DNA of 8,727 nt, taken from contig JADGIF010000431.1 of assembly GCA_018985225.1 (NCBI GenBank), forward strand, positions 1 through 8,727. Direction: 5' to 3'. The number at the start of each line of letters is the position of its first letter. Position 1 is the first letter of the stretch. The notes under the pieces are model-generated. The model saw only the letters and a program-made list of their open reading frames with translations. It ran no database searches and was not told the origin of the DNA. The DNA is from Amoeboradix gromovi X-113. Taxonomy: Eukaryota; Fungi; Sanchytriomycota. The translations under genes and the position numbers were made by a program. This document shows, piece by piece, positions 5,586-8,727 of this stretch.

Positions 5586-8324
5586 ATGAAAATCTCTGGT
5601 CTATATCTGTTAGTGAGCCTGGTGTTTTCAACATCTATAGACTGCCCTGATGTTATCAACCTTGCTACAGGGTTGAACATGGGCCAGTCTAGTCCCGCAT
5701 TGTTCAAAGCCCTTAAAGCAGATTGCTGCTCTAGTTTTGGTGTGTACTGTTACAATGATCGTGTAGCGAATGTATACTGGCCTAACTTGCACTTGACTGG
5801 AAGTATAAACAGCACAGCTCTTCCTAAAATGTTATTTTCCCTTGACCTAACAGGTAACCGAATAACTGGTAACTTTCCAAAGACCTTACCTCCAAGCCTG
5901 CTAAACCTGTATCTTTCTAACAACTTTATTACTGGTGACTTGTCTAGTGTTACAGTATCAGATTTAGAGAAGATAGATGTTAGGTCCAACAAATTGAATG
6001 GATCCATTCCTTTGTTACCCAGCACATATTATTTTTATGCATCCTACAACATGCTGTCGGGATGTATTCCAACGTTATCCTCATCTATCAGAGATTTTGT
6101 GGCCACTAATAACCTGTTAAATTGCTCGATTCCAGCACCTTTGCCAGAGTTTCTGTGGCAGCTTGACCTGACTTCGAATAAACTAAGCGGTCCAATCCCC
6201 TCATTGCCAGCGCTTATATACATAGTGTCTCTGGGATTCAATCAGATATCTGGAGAAGTTCCTGTCTTGCCACCTCTTTATCACCTTGATCTCCAGTCTT
6301 CAGATGTTAATGGAACAATTCACCTGATTCAACCCGGCTTTGTTTCTATCACTAATACCAGCATATCTAGTGTGACAATTGACAACTCTGGCAGCCTACT
6401 CTACTGCGATATGAGAGACACAAATCTGGCCAACGTTGCCAACGACCCGCAGTTGCCACGCTGCGATAGATCCATATCATCACCAAGCACTATGCCTGAC
6501 TGTAATGATGTCATCAACCTTGCTTATGGGTTGAATATGCATATTTCAAGTCCGGATCTCATGCGGCAACTCGAATTCAACTGCTGCTTAGCTAAGCAAC
6601 TCATCACATGCGATGCAACAAATGTCATCGAAATTGATTTTAACAGCCTTAATCTAGATGGTGCAATAAATGGTACAGCTATACCACCACTAATTCGAAA
6701 GTTATATTTGGATTCTAATTTCATATCTGGATCAATCCCTGAGAATCTTCCGATCACAATAACGAGGCTAAAGTTATCATCCAATTTCCTGAGTGGACAA
6801 ATTCCAAACCTACCAGCCGATCTTACACTATTGACTGTCAATAGTAACTGGTTAAATGGGTCAATTCCAACAACATTGCCATCCAAGTTGAATACTTTGG
6901 ATATCAGCTACAACTATTTTACAGGGATGTTGCCAATTAACCTTCCATCAAGTTTGATATTCATTTACGCAAATAACAACTATTTGAATGGCAGTCTACC
7001 TGCTTTCTCAGATAATTTATATGATTTAGTTCTGAGTATGAACAAATTTACAGGGTCACTTTTATTAAAAAAACCAGTCACACTAGACATAAATCATAAC
7101 TACATAAGCAATGTCACAATAAAAGATATTTCTCAGGTGTATAAATGCGATATATCTGATAACCCACTGCTTAGTCACATTAGCGATCCAAATCTAGCAA
7201 GTTGTCAGAAAAAAAACTTATACGTCTTAGATTGTGCGGATGTGATTGAACTGGCAATTGCACTTCATCTTGACCTTGTCCAACCAGCACTGATGTCATC
7301 GATCAGCAGAAACTGCTGCTCAAATGCTGGAGTGACATGCACTGCTGGACAAGTGAATAAAATCAAATGGCCCAACATGGGCTTGAATGGAACAATGGAC
7401 AGCAAGTGCATGCCGAAGTACTTGACCTCTTTGGACCTAAGCCTAAATGAGATAACTGGATCTGTTCCAAACAGTATGCCTAGCTCTCTCACGAATCTAA
7501 CTCTGCATTCCAACAAGCTCAGTGATGCTCTCCCTTCAGATCTTCCTCTAAGCCTTGAGTATCTGGATGTATCTGATAACAAGATAGATGGCTCAATCCC
7601 TAGTGCACTACCGACTGGCTTGCAATGGCTGCTGGTAAACAGGAACAACTTGTCTGGGACATTGCCAGATACAATCCCGCCAGGTCTCATATATCTAGAT
7701 GTGAGCAGCAACAATCTATCTGGATTAGTGCCAAACCTGACCAGCATCGAGCGTGTCTATCTGAATGGTGATTTTCCTCCGTTTAATCAGTTCAGCGGAA
7801 ACATCACCATTCTCAAGCCTAGAGAGCTATACGTGCCAAACAATATCATCACAAACATCTTCATAAGTGACATCCAGCAGATGACTATCTGCAACATAGC
7901 AAACAACCCATTTCTCGTTAACATAAACGATACATCACTCTCCAGCTGTGTGAAGTATGTACTTAGTAGACGAATCTCCAGTCTCTCGAGGACATTAGAT
8001 AGTACTCCTGTGATGTCTGGTAGCTTGTTGAAAACCCGGTCAAGGCAACAGAGTGCAACCCAGTATTCTGAAATGGGATCAATTGATACACACAGCAGTA
8101 CTGCTACTATTGAATATTCCATCTATGATATAGGAAGATACAGCATAAACATCCATTGGACATCTTTCATCATTGGCAGATGTATTGTGAGTATTATGGT
8201 GTTCATAGCAGTACTTTACTACTCACCATTCAGACGAAGTATAATTGGCTGGAGACAGACGAAATTCAACAGCAGCAAAAACACAAAGAACGATATTGAC
8301 AAAGCATTGCGATACTTATCCTAA
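5586..8324 (+). CDS. Extracellular leucine-rich-repeat receptor-like type I membrane protein, 912 aa, with three Cys-capped LRR modules
   Basis: Uninterrupted 912-aa ORF. It has a hydrophobic N-terminal signal-like peptide (MKISGLYLLVSLVFS) and many 20-22 aa repeats of the form LPxxLxxLxLxxNxLxGxIPxx. It also has abundant N-x-S/T sequons, an S/T-rich stalk after about aa 790, a TM-like segment WTSFIIGRCIVSIMVFIAVLYY (8157..8222) and a short basic tail with no kinase domain. Confidence 0.93.
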   Translation: MKISGLYLLVSLVFSTSIDCPDVINLATGLNMGQSSPALFKALKADCCSSFGVYCYNDRVANVYWPNLHLTGSINSTALPKMLFSLDLTGNRITGNFPKTLPPSLLNLYLSNNFITGDLSSVTVSDLEKIDVRSNKLNGSIPLLPSTYYFYASYNMLSGCIPTLSSSIRDFVATNNLLNCSIPAPLPEFLWQLDLTSNKLSGPIPSLPALIYIVSLGFNQISGEVPVLPPLYHLDLQSSDVNGTIHLIQPGFVSITNTSISSVTIDNSGSLLYCDMRDTNLANVANDPQLPRCDRSISSPSTMPDCNDVINLAYGLNMHISSPDLMRQLEFNCCLAKQLITCDATNVIEIDFNSLNLDGAINGTAIPPLIRKLYLDSNFISGSIPENLPITITRLKLSSNFLSGQIPNLPADLTLLTVNSNWLNGSIPTTLPSKLNTLDISYNYFTGMLPINLPSSLIFIYANNNYLNGSLPAFSDNLYDLVLSMNKFTGSLLLKKPVTLDINHNYISNVTIKDISQVYKCDISDNPLLSHISDPNLASCQKKNLYVLDCADVIELAIALHLDLVQPALMSSISRNCCSNAGVTCTAGQVNKIKWPNMGLNGTMDSKCMPKYLTSLDLSLNEITGSVPNSMPSSLTNLTLHSNKLSDALPSDLPLSLEYLDVSDNKIDGSIPSALPTGLQWLLVNRNNLSGTLPDTIPPGLIYLDVSSNNLSGLVPNLTSIERVYLNGDFPPFNQFSGNITILKPRELYVPNNIITNIFISDIQQMTICNIANNPFLVNINDTSLSSCVKYVLSRRISSLSRTLDSTPVMSGSLLKTRSRQQSATQYSEMGSIDTHSSTATIEYSIYDIGRYSINIHWTSFIIGRCIVSIMVFIAVLYYSPFRRSIIGWRQTKFNSSKNTKNDIDKALRYLS
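5640..6464 (+). repeat. LRR module 1 (aa 19-293)
   Basis: N-cap DCPDVINLATGLNM...DCC...VYC...RV...WPNLHLTGSIN, then LRRs, then C-cap ...YCDMRDTNL...DPQLPRC. Confidence 0.85.
6498..7205 (+). repeat. LRR module 2 (aa 305-540)
   Basis: N-cap DCNDVINLAYGLNM...NCC...ITC...LNLDGAING, then LRRs, then C-cap ...KCDISDNPLL...DPNLASC. DNA 6498..6539 matches 5640..5681 at 34/42 nt. Confidence 0.85.
7230..7949 (+). repeat. LRR module 3 (aa 549-788)
   Basis: N-cap DCADVIELAIALHL...NCC...VTC...WPNMGLNGTMD, then LRRs, then C-cap ...ICNIANNPFL...DTSLSSC. Confidence 0.85.
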
Positions 8325-8654
8325 CAGTAGATATATACAGAGAAATGATTTGATACTTCTTACAATGCTAGTGGAACTGAGTGCCATACTGACAGAATTC
8401 TGACTGCAATAGTATTTCTCCTGTTTAATTAATTCCTGGCACACATCTCTTATGCTAAATTCATCGACTTTTAGTTATTTTATTGTATCACTTGTTAGTC
8501 AGATAATAATTCAAGTCTTGTTGTACTTTTCCATTCTCGTCTTCGTTTGAGGTACCATTCTTGCGATAAGATCATATTGTTTTACACAGATCCTCTTCCA
8601 CGTTAGGCATAGCAAACAGTGTATTGTAAATGTATCTGTTCTAATGTTACTTTG

Positions 8655-8727
8655 GGACACCAAATATAAAAACTAGACTAACTCGTTTTTAAAGGTGCAC
8701 CATACGGAGGAAATGCTATCATTAATA
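8655..8727 (-). repeat. Right copy of the imperfect inverted repeat (partner at 289..359); runs to the window edge
   Basis: The reverse complement TATTAATGATAGCATTTCCTCCGTATGGTGCACCTTTAAAAACGAGTTAGTCTAGTTTTTATATTTGGTGTCC aligns to 289..359. Similarity stops sharply on the inner side after GGTGTCC; the outer extent is not visible. Confidence 0.9.

Noticed and set aside
5750-8122. Five minus-strand ORFs inside the LRR gene
   Set aside because: Antisense shadows of a long repetitive CDS.
8325-8654. Minus-strand peptide KVDEFSIRDVC resembling the Fanzor DExxTSxxC motif
   Set aside because: It lacks the TS and any downstream zinc-finger or RuvC-III motif; likely coincidence.
1-8727. tRNA, rRNA, CRISPR array, Helitron end or intact transposase
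   Set aside because: No cloverleaf, rRNA motif, regularly spaced repeats or DDE/HUH ORF seen. The CTAG of the AAAAACTAG motifs is not followed by T and has no clear upstream GC-rich hairpin.

Overview
AT-rich, apparently intron-free eukaryotic DNA. It is most likely from an early-diverging fungus or other holomycotan, inferred from an Ssr4-like gene and a CTAIRE-type CDK5-like kinase. The only clearly intact gene is a 912-aa secreted, single-pass LRR receptor-like protein (5586..8324, +) built from three tandem Cys-capped LRR modules. The left ~4 kb holds recognisable genes that keep their reading frame but are interrupted by in-frame stop codons: a CDK5/PHO85-like kinase (1284..2270, three stops), an Ssr4/DUF1750-like SWI/SNF-RSC subunit (2698..3450, one stop), a small two-TM protein (3613..4047, minus, two stops) and a probable TnpB/Fanzor C-terminal remnant (510..899, minus). 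A ~70-bp imperfect inverted repeat (289..359 versus 8655..8727) brackets all of this. Leading hypothesis: a gene-capturing or rearrangement-prone, inverted-repeat-bounded segment with decaying cargo and one maintained LRR gene. Stop-codon reassignment or readthrough is a less favoured alternative. All family assignments come from motif recognition by eye, not from database searches.
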